From contig OZ320313.1 in assembly GCA_976226885.1 (NCBI GenBank), positions 66,154,001 through 66,218,000 of the forward strand: a stretch of DNA of 64,000 nucleotides, written 5' to 3'. Source of the DNA: Iphione sp. A-MEVVRFRX5 (lineage: Eukaryota). Below the pieces are notes generated by a model that was not told the origin of the DNA, ran no database searches, and worked only from the letters and a program-made list of their open reading frames with translations. The position numbers were made by a program, and so were the translations under genes. Shown one piece after another: positions 13,010 through 25,603 of the stretch; positions within the stretch are counted from its first letter, which is position 1; each line of letters begins with the position of its first letter.

Positions 13010-13184
13010 TCTTTGTAATAAACTCTACGACCACATTGATTTCCGACTTTTTTGCCTATTACGACTGCCTGAAGAGGGAACCAAAATATTGATTCCTATA
13101 TTAATAACTGATTTACGACCAAACTTGTTATTACGACTATTTTAGGCCGGACCCAGCCACTGGTCGGAAATCAAGACTCGACTG
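13010..13184. mobile_element. Right end of a TA-flanked MITE related to 50255-50711
   Basis: Terminal TGGTCGGAAATCAAGACTCGACTG-TA matches the TIR family of 50255-50711; the left TIR was not found. Confidence 0.55.
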
Positions 13185-13679
13185 TATATGAAAAGTGATT
13201 CTGGTTCTGAAACTACTCACAAATATAAATCCTTGAGTCTATTGTACTTATTTGAGAAGAAGAATAACTTTACATAACTGAATCACCTATGGGGGAGGTG
13301 TTCAATGGAAGTAAAGCGGTTCGTGATACTGTTGTTGCTTCGTGTGGGAGGAGGAAGAGCTTTACAACACTGAATCACCTATGGTTCAGATGATCAATGC
13401 AAGTAGTGCAACCCTCAATTCCATTGTTTTTAACTAGAGTAGATGGACAACTCTACATTGCTGAATAAACAATGGTTGAGGTGATCAACACAAGTGAAGC
13501 AGTCCTGCAACTTAACAGCTTATGAACTCATCAAATAATAAACATTTTGTTGCACTAATGCATCATCGATCCTTCACACTTCAATACATTGTATTTCCTT
13601 GCAGGCAAAGTGAGCATTGACAGATGGTAACCAATTACATTCACAAACAAGTCATGTCTATAGATAAGTGTTTAGTACA

Positions 13680-13960
13680 AGGATATGTAAAGGTGTATAT
13701 GTGTCTTGGTGTGTGTATGAGTGTTAGTGAGTAGCTGTATGTATACATACAAGTGCCAGTATGTAGTATGTCACTGTGTATTTATATATGGAAGTGTGCT
13801 GGTGTCTGTATGAATGTGAGTGTATATGTGTGAATAGGCATACATGTAAGTATAAATGTGAAGGTGTAACAGTGTAGATATGTGTATGTTTATAGGTGTA
13901 TGTGATTTGGAGTTTACACACGTGTATCTGTATAAGTGTTTGTGTACACAAGTGTATGAA
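13680..13960. repeat. Degenerate (TG/TA)n microsatellite-rich tract
   Basis: Alternating purine-pyrimidine low-complexity sequence. Confidence 0.8.
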
Positions 13961-14369
13961 AGAAAAAAAAAGTTTTTGAGGGATGTCTGTAAGGCCTTAT
14001 TCAAAACTTCAAAGGTAAAGTGAAGTATCAGAGAATATAGGATATGGTAAAAAATGTTTTTCTGTATTCTGGCCCTGTGTTAGATGGCTTTCTCTGGTCT
14101 CCACCCGTGGGCTTTTAGCACCACAGTCCAGTGCAAGCAAACCTCTTGACAGATAGCTCCCCCCCCCCACCCCACCCCACCAATACCGCAAGGTACCCTA
14201 GTATACCCCACTGCTCACAGGGGCCTTTCCATAAGGAACGGGTGAGTACTCTGCTTATACACCCTATAATGGGTGATCATGCCACTCTCACAGTGCCTGA
14301 TGAAACCATTAAGGTTAAAACCATGCCTCCCCCAGGTGCCCACCTGAGCACGTTTCCCTTCTCTCACCT

Positions 14370-14371
<2 letters not shown>

Positions 14372-14429
<58 letters not shown>
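14372..14429. repeat. (CT)n microsatellite
   Basis: Near-pure CT dinucleotide run. Confidence 0.95.
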
Positions 14430-14432
<3 letters not shown>

Positions 14433-15546
14433 ACATCACAACTCGCATAATTTTCGCCGACGGCCAATTAAAACGCTAGTATCTCAGCAACCACCACACA
14501 GAGACTAATGCTTGCATTACTGCAATCCTCAGACGTTTAGCTTTCTTTTGGCAGTTGATGCATCAAAATCGGCCTATTATTTCTGGATTAGGATTCACTT
14601 CAAGTACCACCTACATCATATGCCTTGGGAGTGATAATAGGGCGTTTTAGTAGCTAATATACGAAAATATAAAAGAGAGGTTAACAATGATTACAGAATG
14701 CGAATACTACCTTTTTTCTCTCTCTCTCTCATAATCACCTCTACCTACACAAAACAGGAATTTGTCTGTGTTGCAACTTGTTGCACCATCTAGAAAGTGT
14801 AGAAAAAAAGCACCAGCTAGGAATGGCGAAAAAGAGGGCTAACCCCACATATTTTGAGAGTTAATATAATCCGGATAAACCAGGTTTAACCCCCTGCTTA
14901 TCCAGATAAAGGTTAATCCACCTTAAAAAAACGTCCTAGAAACCGGGCAATAGAGGGTAGGTAGTAAGGGACTTCCATGGGGGTAGGCTTTTTTCCCTAT
15001 CAAATATGTCAGTGTGGCTTATGGCAAAGAGCACGAAACAGGTCAAATGCAGATGAAGGTGCACCAAGATCAAGAAAAGCATGACAGATGCACACGTTCT
15101 ATCCAATCCAAGACCACGCTACCCTCAGGCTTAAACATATTAAGGTGAATTTTAACTGTTCATTTTTCCCTTTATTCAAGTCCTGTAGGGGTATCTGTAA
15201 CGCATTGTAGCGGAAACAGTCCTCATAACTTTCTCTCGATGTGTTTGTCGGAATCAGGCTGTGGATTGCAAATCCAAAAGGGAGTAATTCTGACGTACAT
15301 GTCCGGCAGCGATGAACAATGACTTTAAGCACTCGCAGGGAGATACCAAACGATGTCTCAAAACACTTTCAAATTTATTCTACTACAGTTGAAGCCTACT
15401 AATATGACTACCCTCTATTACGAGCTAAACTGTTTGCAATGGAAGATGGCCTTAATAGATAATGGTAGAGAGTACATCAGGTGTTAGGGACATGACTGGA
15501 CATGTTCTTCCATTAAGGAAGCACTGACAGAGATATGTGGGGTATG

Positions 15547-15706
15547 CATGCCTGTAGCCAAGGAGGGTATCGGGGGTATCGTCTGATAATCTCCAGAGCA
15601 AGTAATAACTATTGGGCTTTATAGGGATAGAAAAAAATAGTTCCATCCCTGCGGTATCAGTGGTATCGTCCGATACCCCCCAGAAAACATCCTGGCTACG
15701 GGCCTG
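15547..15706. mobile_element. MITE of the CAGGCCCGTAGCCAGG family with a 5-bp TSD
   Basis: Termini CATGCCTGTAGCCAAGG / CCTGGCTACGGGCCTG; GTATG at 15542-15546 and 15707-15711; shares subterminal GGTATCGGGGGTATCGTC with 25459-25823. Confidence 0.75.
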
Positions 15707-16049
15707 GTATGGGAAAGTTATGTTTTACTGTCAAAGTAGCACTCACAATGGTCTGAGGGACAGGCAAGCCCGTGGGCGACCATCAAAGAAGGGCGTACAC
15801 AGATGTGAGGGACGGGCAGCTCTGACCATCAAAGAGGCGATCATGGGGTAACCTTTCAAGAGGTCAAAATGGTCAGTTTGGAGAGGGTATTTAACATATT
15901 GAAATTGGTTACGTTCTGTAGTCAAACGGTCATATTGTGGAGGTGGTCTCATTAGAGAGGTGGTTACACACTGAGGTGACACTGTACTATGTTTTCACCT
16001 TTGAAGAAAATACTGGTGGAGAGCCAAGGTGAATATGGTGGGCAGGATC

Positions 16050-19000
16050 AGTCATATCCACGCACTGCCTGTGGAACCGCCAACAGAACGGCAGTGGAGG
16101 CTGATGGCTTTACAGTATATGAAGGTGCAACAACACTCTATGGCCAAGGTTTAGGTGGAAATCGAGGGACCTCATGATGATTGGGAGCAGCTCTTGGTTG
16201 AAGGATGGCCAGAATTTGAGTCAAGGATTGGGGGTGCAGGTGGCCCACACCCTGGTACGGATGGACGACCTCCAGTGGGCACTGGAAGTGTCGAATGCCA
16301 GATGGACTGAGTTGGTCAACTTGAAGGACTCACTGATGGATGTGGGAGAGAAGGTGGCCCATGGCGGGCCACCTGGCGCCGATACACTCTCCAGGACTGG
16401 CCGACAGCGGCACCCCAGCGGGGGCAGTAGAGGAGCTATTGGATAAACTCCCAGAGGGGTTGGCCCTAGTAGAGCAGGAAGAGGTGGCAGAGATATTGGA
16501 GCAACACGGACGCATATTCCAAGTTAATGAGTCTGATCTGGGAAGGACGGATGATGTGCAGCATCAGATTGACACTCAGAACTGCACCCCCATTAAGCAG
16601 AGGTTGAGGAGGTTCCCCTTGCTCAAGAGACAGCTGGTGCAGCAAGAGGTGGAAAAGATGGTGAAACAGGGAGTGCTGGAGGTTTCCCACAGCCTCTGGG
16701 CATCCCCAGTTGTACTGGTCAAGAAGAAGGATAGGTGTTTGCGCTTCTGCATGGATTACCAGATGCTTAACCATTGCACTAAGATAGACACTTACCCCCT
16801 GCCACAGATGGACGACACCCTGGAATCACTGCATGGTACTTCTCAATGTTGGATTTGGCCGCAGGGTACTGGCAGGTGCTGCTGGGGACTGGGAGAAGAC
16901 CATGGTGTGTACATGGGGCATGCTGTTCCAGTTCACATTGATGCCCTTTGGGCTCTGCAATGCCACTTCCATGTTCAAACATTTGATGGAAGTAGTCCTG
17001 AAAGGTTTGTTGGGAGTTTCCTGCCTAGTGTACTTGTGCCTGGTGATGATGTGATAGTGATGGGAAGTGCAGTATTCAAGATGTGTCAGTGCCTGAACAA
17101 GGTGTTCTGCTGGCTCAGAGTGGCTGGACTGCAGGTCGAGATGTCCAAATGCCACCTGTTCCAGAGGGGGGTGCAGTACTTGCGACACATCATATCAGAG
17201 AGAGGAGTGAGGAGTGGAGGCAGACCGAGAGAAGGTGCCAGCCATCCAAGAGTGACAGCCCCTGAGGTGTGTCCGGGAGGTGAGAAGTTTCCTAGGCATG
17301 GCATCGTACCATGGAAGTTTCATCAGGGATTTCATGTCTAATGCAGAAGCACTGCATTGACTGCTAGAGAAGGGGGTAGCATTCGAGTGGACAGAGGCAT
17401 GCCAAGTCACATTCCAGACTCTGCAGGATGCTTTGGTCACAGCCCCAGTGCTGGCATTTCTCAACCCCACCAGGAAGATGATAATCAACGCAGATGCTTC
17501 AAACACTGGACTGGGGGCAGGACTCTTGGACCATGGATCATTGCAGTGGCTTATGAATTTCATGGAGCTGGAAGGGCAGCTGGCCCACTGGCTGGAGGAG
17601 GTGTTTTGCTACAACCTTCAGATCCAGCACCAGCCCAGAAGACAGTATGGGCCTTCTCAGCAGGAATGCTCCCAGTGCAGATGGGAAGAGTTTTGAGTGG
17701 CCGTGGCGCAGTTACTCCCTGTGGCCGACTCTGAGATGAGGCAAGCTCAGTCAGAGGACACGGTCCTTTTGCATGTGAAGGAACAGATGGAGGCAGGTGC
17801 CTCCCCTGCTGTCTTTGAGATAGTGATGCCAGATTCACACAAACTGTTGGAGGACTGGGAGAGGCTGGAGATGGCAGAGGTGTTGTTGTGCTGGTGCTGG
17901 ACCACGGCATGCCGATCCAGCCTCCAGCAAGTGTTCATCCCCATACCCCTCTGGAAGGCAGTCTGGAGCTGTACACATGGCAGTGTCCTAGGAGGGTATC
18001 TGGGCCTGGCCAAGACCATGAAAGCATTGCATCAGTGCTACTTCTGGATGTGGGATGTGACACTGTGGTCGCAGGCCTGCAAGGAGTGCCAGGAGAGGAA
18101 GTCGCCTGCCTGGACATGGCCTGCAAGTTTGCAGCACAGGGTCGCTTCTCTTCCATGGTGGCCATGGACATCCCAGGCCTGCTCCCAGAGACTGACTGGG
18201 GAACAAGTATGTCATCGTTTTAACAGACCACTTCTCTAAGTGGGTGGAGGCATTTACCCTACAGAATGATGTGACAACAGCCACAATAGGGACCCGGTTT
18301 GGGCTGCCCCATTGCATTCATTTGGACCGGGGGAGGAACTTTGAGGCTGCTTTGTTGAGGGAGGTGCTGGAGCATTGTGGCATGAAAAAGACGAGGACCA
18401 CCCCTTACTCTCCCCTGATGGACGGAGTGGTGGAACAGTTTAACTACACTCTGCTGGAAATGCTTGCCATGACAAGGAAGATCAATCAGACTGGGACCAG
18501 CAGTTGCCCTTTGTGATAGCCGCATATCAGGCGACTGTGCACACTAGCACAGGGCTTACCCCGAACTTGGTAATGCTCAATTGGGAGGTGGCTCTCCCCA
18601 TGGAGATGATGTATGGCAGTCTGCCAACAGAGGCAATGGCAGCATCTGCTGTGGAATACATGGTGGAAATGCAAGAACAGGTGGAGGAGGCATACTGTCT
18701 GGCCTGGCAGAAGTTGAGGGCCAGTGCTGAACAGATAAAAAGGAACTATGGCAGCCTAGTGAAGGAGCAGAGCTATGCCCCCAATGATAGGGTGTGGATG
18801 TTCCACCCCATCACTGAAGCTCAGAGGTTCTGGACCATCCCATGGACGGTCCAACTTAAGCTCTCAAAGGTGCTTTATGAGATTACACAAGGATGGCACA
18901 TAAGAGTGGTGCATGCTGATTTATTGAAGCCAGCTATCCTGCTCGAATCAGGGACATCAGTGGAAGTGGCTGTGCAGATCTCCTGCAGAGTGTGCCACCT

Positions 19001-19085
19001 CCATGCATACCACACGTTGGGCGGTGGCAGTAAGTCCGCAGTACACCAACAGTTACGACTGTGGAGGCTGGTGTTTGAAATTTGA
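16050..19085 (+). mobile_element. Decayed Ty3/Gypsy element (Gypsy-2), pol region PR?-RT-RH-IN, 5' truncated
   Basis: RT ([36 protein letters not shown]); RNase H (TAPVLAF..IINADASNTGLGA; EGQLAHWL); integrase Zn finger (H..GGYLG..CKECQ); catalytic core (AMDI, HLDRGRNFE, TTPYSP..DGVVEQFN); C-terminal GPY/F-like region. Many frameshifts and stops. Confidence 0.95.
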
Positions 19086-20553
19086 AGGAAGCAGATCATC
19101 CAATCAGTGGTCATGATAGCATCCACCATGACCATTAACTCCACAGTCACGATGGAACCAATCCAATGCCTTGAGGATGCGCATTCCCAGGCAATGGATA
19201 GACAGGTCCTGGGTGGCGTGGATCTACAAAAACCAGGCATTGACCAGGGTCTCTTCACTAAGGCCCCCTCCCGCTCACTGTCTTGTTCATGCCCTGAATC
19301 CAGGAGCGCCATCTCCCTGTGCTCCCCCCAGAACCATTCCAAGAAGAGGGGCAGAAACGACAAGCTGGAGGTGATGGGTTGCCTGGAAGGGCCTGTAGAA
19401 GGAGTGGCATCAGATGTCTGGGGAAGAGGCCGCAGAGGATAAGTTCTGCTGGAACTTATCAGTAATAAAGGTGGGGTCAACGTCTACCTTCATGACTCCC
19501 CAGGGGCCCAAGGTATAGATCCTAGTAGATACTTCTCTGATGCTGGTGGTACCTAGGGGAACGAGGGCATCAGAAGAGCAGGCTCATCAGATTCTAGGGG
19601 AGGTGGAGGTGGAGTGCAGGGCCACCTGCACACAGATGGGGCAATGGCTGCCCCATACTTCCTCCATTGACTCTAATGAGGCATGCAAACTTCAGGCACT
19701 GCTCTCTGCAGCGGAGGAAGCTGCAGCAGAGGAGCGAACCAGTGGGCTGCAGAAGAGGGGGCTATCCACACAGCTGAGGTCCCCAGCAGGGGTGCCACAG
19801 AGGTGGTGGCGCCTGCGGAGACGACACCAGTGGGGGACAAGCTCAGCACAGGAGACGCCTGCCCCAGGGTGGGGGTAGAGGTGATGGAGGAAGGGAAAGG
19901 GCCAATGCCCTAGCCCCACCCATGGAGATAACGGGGGAGATAGGGGAGACAGGAGAGGCGGTTCCTCCTGTGCCCCAGTCGGGGGAAGTGTCAACAGAGA
20001 CCGGGGGACTGGCCAACACCCTGTCCCCAATGGGAGAGACATCAAAGAATCAGGGAGAGGGTACGAAGCCGGTCCCTCCGCCGACTGAGACAGAGGCCAC
20101 CCCCATGGAGTGGGCTAAAGAGAGGATGGCCAAGGTGGCGGGGGCATCCATGTCCACGTTGGAAGAGCTAGCATTGGCAGGGACTGGGGATGGGGGGAGT
20201 GTCTCCACCAGGGGGCCACGCTACAGGCCCATGATTTGGATGCCCCAGCCCCTGCCACAGCTGAGCCCTCCAAGTAGGGTACCCTACCATCCACCTCAGC
20301 AAGTGAGGCAAAGCCCTTTGCCTTGGATGTACCAGTGGACATGATGACTGAGGAGGTGCAGATGTCGGCGGCCATCACCCAATCACTGAGAATGGTGGAG
20401 AAAGAGCAGCAGGGCCTTGCTTCCCAGGGAGGCCCAAGCAAGGTTGACCTCATGGTGAAATTCATGAGGAAATCAGGAATAGCGGGGTGCAGACTCCCTC
20501 ACCTGGATGATCTGGATGGGGGTGGAGAAAGATGTTCCCACCCTCCGTTGTGA
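19086..20553 (+). pseudogene. Decayed accessory-ORF region downstream of the Gypsy-2 integrase
   Basis: GC-rich coding-like sequence of the same composition continues ~1.5 kb past IN, as broken ORFs 19107-19442, 19540-19878, 19922-20344 and 20323-20553. No env-like TM segment was seen. Confidence 0.5.
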
Positions 20554-20798
20554 CAGGGACCCCCGGGACCCCATCACTGGGCTTCTGTGTGAAGGGCAGC
20601 AAGGCGGCAACCACTGGGAGGACAGAGACCAATGGACTTCTGTTTTATTTTTATTTTAGGTAAAATGTTTTGGAAATGAAATAATTAAAGATAATTATAA
20701 TATGGGCATTATTTATACTAGTACATAATATACAGTTAGAGCAGTATCCATGGATAAGTGAGTCCACAGCAAGACATCTCTATGAATTTTCAATGCAT

Positions 20799-21303
20799 TG
20801 TAGCAGAGACATGTTCGTCATCCTCAAGTTCCTCACCATGTGGTGTGAGTAGGAGCTAATAATAGACATTGGGGTTGATTGTCATTGCATAATCTGATGT
20901 CCAGGTATTGTGTAAGAGTGATTATGTGGCCACTCCTGTAACCACTCTGGTAACTTTACAGGAGCCACTACAGGAGCAACCAATCAGAAGGTTGCAGGAG
21001 TTATTTTTGGCAACAGTCTAGACAGAATGTCTAGACAGGGTCTATTTTTAGTACAGAAGCCAAACATATGTCTGGAGCATTACTATTCTGAGACATTATT
21101 GCATAATCACAGTATCATGTGACCTTTCTACAGGAGTATATAAGACTGTACTTTTCCTGTAATAAACAGTTATTCTCTCAATTGCATTCTGAGAGAGCAC
21201 CATTCCAGCAGGCTAAATTTCTGCATTTGGAGTGAACCATATTTTATGATCATTGTTATCATTTCTTGTTGCCGTCCTTGTCAGAGACAAAGCTCACATT
21301 ACA
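20799..21303 (+). mobile_element. Solo LTR, family B copy 2
   Basis: TGT...ACA termini; perfect GCAT TSD (20795-20798 and 21304-21307); TATATAA at 21137 and AATAAA at 21161. Confidence 0.88.
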
Positions 21304-23416
21304 GCATTTAACATTTTCAAAGTAATAATTTGGAAAATTCTATGTAAAAAATATTGACAATAACAATCTCAAGGATTATTCTAGAAAATTACATTAATCA
21401 TGAAGGAACATATAACATGCGTGTTACAGAGAATTACTTATAGTCAGAAGAGGTGATAACTTGAAAAAATCGTAAGCGTGTAATTCATGACAAATTCATC
21501 CGACCATCATGATAATTCCCTATATTACAAAACAATAATTTTATATAGCTTATACTCTCTAGTATATATCATCCGTTTATTTTGGAATAAATGCCCAGAT
21601 TTAATGTAATCCTCTTATCTAGCCATAGGCTTATCAGTCAAATTTGGCTGATAAGCATATAGGTGGTCAGGAAGGGAGCAAAATATAAAATTAATAAAAA
21701 AGAATTCTGCTTCTGTTTAATGTAAACACATGCGAATACTATGTCCTGCTAGTGTGGTCAATGGAACTTATTTTATGGTGTCAATCTCACAATTCAAAAT
21801 GTGCAATACAACGCCTTTGGCACAAAGACTAGGCCAATAAAATGGCCTGCAAACTGTTTTGTCACATGCTTGAATTATTGAAGATAAATGGTAGTCTAAT
21901 GAACAATTCTATGAGACAGAAATGTCTGTCTGAGCGGTTCATACAAGCACCTGATCCCAAATCAATAAAATGACTTTGGGGTTGAGAAATCAATTCATGT
22001 CATAGGAATTAGGCAGAAAACGTTATTGGGGGTTTGATACAAAATGTGTGATGCGTGGACTCCAAATGACGAAGCGTCAAATTAAATCTGGCTGCAGAAC
22101 ATGTAACATGCATCTGTGTCTTCCAGAGTATTTTCCTGGCCAGCTGATAGACGGTAAAACACCTTCAAAACTCCATGCCGCACCAACTAGAATGTGCTTA
22201 TATATGACATACACACCATCTGACCGCTGGATCATGACGTAAGGTTCCTGTCGCCGCCGTTGCTATAGGCCTATTGATAGGGTCCTCCTACTTCTCGAAA
22301 TGAGGAAAATATCTCCTGAAGATTCCTCGGATAATTGCCTTAATAAGAATTACATGTATTACCAAGTCCCACTGATATTCTCTGCACTTATTACATGTTA
22401 ATTATGGTCTTAGGAGCTCAACTTTTCATGCAGTTTTCATTGATTTACAGCATATTAGCAGCTAGCTCAACGACCAATTTTCTCTTGGAAGACGGACACA
22501 GAGAAGAGGTCAGATTTGGAAGGAACATTAACTACCCGCTTGCCATATGATACTTAAATTCAGTTTACGGAGACGTTCAGCCTTTCCAATGAAAGGAATC
22601 CTCCTTGAGGCCTGCGTTTTAGTCACAAACAGATGTTTTCTTTCACAACGTACGACGTCAAGTTTTCGTACAGATATTAACAAAAACTCACAATCCGACC
22701 ATATGGTCAAATTCATCTTAAAATGACGGTCCGCTGGTGCATTGACTTGCTTTAAAAATGTTTCAAGGCACATTTTTAACATTGAATATGCTTAAAGTGA
22801 TACCTTTTCCGATTCACGGTAGATGTTTATTGGGTATCCATGCAACCTGATTTCGAATAATGGAATTTTCATGTAACTTGAAAATAATAAGATATATAGG
22901 AGTTAGACCGGTGTCAAAGCATTTCGAGACAGGTTAAAAGCAATCTATTTTTGGTCCAAAATATCTTCATGCATGACCAGGTTGACCCCTAGCCGACATC
23001 AAACCGTGTTTACATATTTTTCACACCTGCTGGACATATCTAATATACTGAGACATAGTGTTTTAAATTCTAAATCAAGAATCACTGTTAAGAATAGCAT
23101 TAACATGAATGCTGCGTTTAAGATGTGCAATTTGCCATTTTAACTCAACATCAGTTGTCGCGAGAGCCGATCTACGATCCATTTGGCGCTTGTGAAATTT
23201 AAGTCAAATATTCTTTTAGAATCTTGTCCGAAAAAAAATGCATACTTCTTTTGCTCCCACTACCTTGGTTCACCAGAAATGCAGGACGATGTAACCTGGT
23301 AAGTTGTCCAGAGACGACAGGGGATGGGGGGGGGGGGGGGGCGGAGGGATAGAGGGAGGGAGCTGAGCGTCTGCTATTTATGTAGGGGTGGGGGTGGAAG
23401 GTTGCACTAAATGCAC

Positions 23417-23500
23417 TATATATTTTCGCTCTGACGCTTCGTCTCTTCATTCACCTGCACGTCGCCGTTTGAAGTAGAGTGAAAAGCAGTCACTACCAAG
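23417..23500 (+). promoter_or_regulatory. TATA box, Inr and non-coding exon 1 of the secreted-protein gene
   Basis: TATATA at 23417; Inr-like TCATTC at 23447-23452 (A+1 32 nt downstream of the TATA start); strong donor CAAG|GTAAGT at 23500/23501. The link to the 24727 acceptor is inferred. Confidence 0.6.
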
Positions 23501-24727
23501 GTAAGTGGAAACACCGGCACACGTACCCCTCGGGTGCTGTACTTTAGTCCAGACTACACTTCAGTTTAGAGAAAGAATATTCCTTTACATAAAAATATTA
23601 AAAAAGAACAACGATTTTTAAACTAAATCAAAGGAACGAATTTTAAAAGTACAAGAGGCTGAAACAATGTGCGTCTACGTCCAGAAAAGTCAACTTTGTT
23701 AAAGGGATATTTTTAAATCGACATATTATTGAGTCTCTCCTCATGTCATTATCTCCTCTTTCTTCTTCTTCTTCTTCTTCTTCTTCTTCTCGCATGTCTT
23801 TCTATTCATCTCTCTTTTTTCCTAGTCCTGTTCAGCTTTGCACCATCTCCTGTAGTATTCTTCTCTGCGCTTCTTTTTCCTTCTTTCCTAGTTTCCTTCT
23901 CTTGCTTCCACAGTTTCCTGCCCCTACAGTACCCCTATTTGTAATCGATTCCCGAAATTGGAATATACACGGAATATTGCCAGTGGCGGTAATTCATCTA
24001 CCGACATATCCCTGGTGTATATACATGTATCTCTTAACACGTATATACAAGTGTGTGAATTTATATCATGTCGAGGTTTAGAATACAACAGATTCTAGAA
24101 ATAGTAATACGAAATTGGGATAGTGTTTATTTTTGTGCTCTATTGTTATTTGCAATGAATGGAGGCAAGTAGTAGAACCACTTCTGTCTATATATTAACT
24201 GTATTAGTTTAACTCTTATTCGGGTTTCTTTTGGTTGTCATGCGCGTTACTATCCAAACGTGACTTTGAATTAAGGAATACCCGTGTGAATAGGTACTGA
24301 AATATTTGTCTGAACATAAAAAGTACTGAGCCTCTGTGCCGGAGTCACCGTGTGTGTCTCAAGTGACATCTCGTCAGTAAGTAAAAGCCGCAGTGCTTAG
24401 AAGCTTGCAATTTCAAGTATTTAATCACAGGGTGTAGGCGGTGGCTGATTACATATAGACAACCAATATTAATCTTGTTTCACCACATTTACAGTAGTTT
24501 GTACAACAAACACAATGTACGTGAACACTCAGCCCTAATACCATAACTAAATATGAGGGGACTCGCCGGATAGAGAATCGTGGATTGGGTTAGTGTCTGT
24601 TTGCTGTGCTGTACGACCACTCACATTATAACTACACAAAGGTTTACTTTCATCTTCTTCTCACATTATAGAACCCGACATTACGATATATAAATCTTGT
24701 TAAGAGTATCTTTTCTGGCATTTTAGC

Positions 24728-25558
24728 ATGATCTCTCGTCTCACCGTGGTTCTTCTTATCGGAGTTGTTGCCCTTGGCTGGGCAGCACCTGCCGCCGACA
24801 CCAAGCTGGAAGACAGGGAGCTTCTTAAACGTATCCTTTCTGCACTTTCGGAACAGGGTAGGTCTGTTTCCCTTTGTCCGTCATTCAAATCTTGATAACG
24901 TTGAATGCTGCCGCCCGTGTTTACATTGTGTGTGTATGCCATGAACTATACTCATTTGCACTACCTCTGTTATAGTTAAACAATGTTGCATTACAAGTAC
25001 AATGCACATGTACACGTTTTGTCACAAAATTTATAGCGAAAATGAAATATCAATGTAAACATGTTTCATTTTATTAATAGGAAACGTTCATTCAACACTG
25101 AATATAGATGCTAGAAATATGTTTGTGTGTCTAAATTATGAAGATACAATACAAGTCAATATTTAAACATTTATATGAGTTGTAGTATATATTGGTTAGG
25201 TTTTTCTATACGAGCAAAGATTACCATATGCTTGATTTTGGACTTACACAAAGTAACTGGCAAAGAAATATAACGTCCCAACCAGTCTTGTTTTGGACAC
25301 ACTCGGTAGCACACAGAGGGGATAACAGTCATAGAGACAGTCCTGTTTTTGTGGTCACTGGTGGAAATCATCCTTCATGCATCATATGCATACATCATTG
25401 TCACCTAAGTTGACATGACAGGGTCAGTACCCTTAAATTGGCATACATACACACACTTCAGGCCCGTAGCCAGGAAGTCTTGTGGGGGGTATCTCAAATT
25501 AGAGAGGTGGAACTCCTACCTAGAGAGGTGGAACTTCTGGTTAAAGGGATCTTCCTTC

Positions 25559-25603
<45 letters not shown>

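Noticed and set aside
8031-21303. LTR family B copies as the paired LTRs of one element enclosing Gypsy-2
   Set aside because: They are in opposite orientation and each has its own 4-bp TSD, so they are independent solo LTRs.
22528-22782. ORF with IPFIGKAERLRKL, faintly Penelope RT-like
   Set aside because: A single short motif with no other RT or GIY-YIG motifs nearby.
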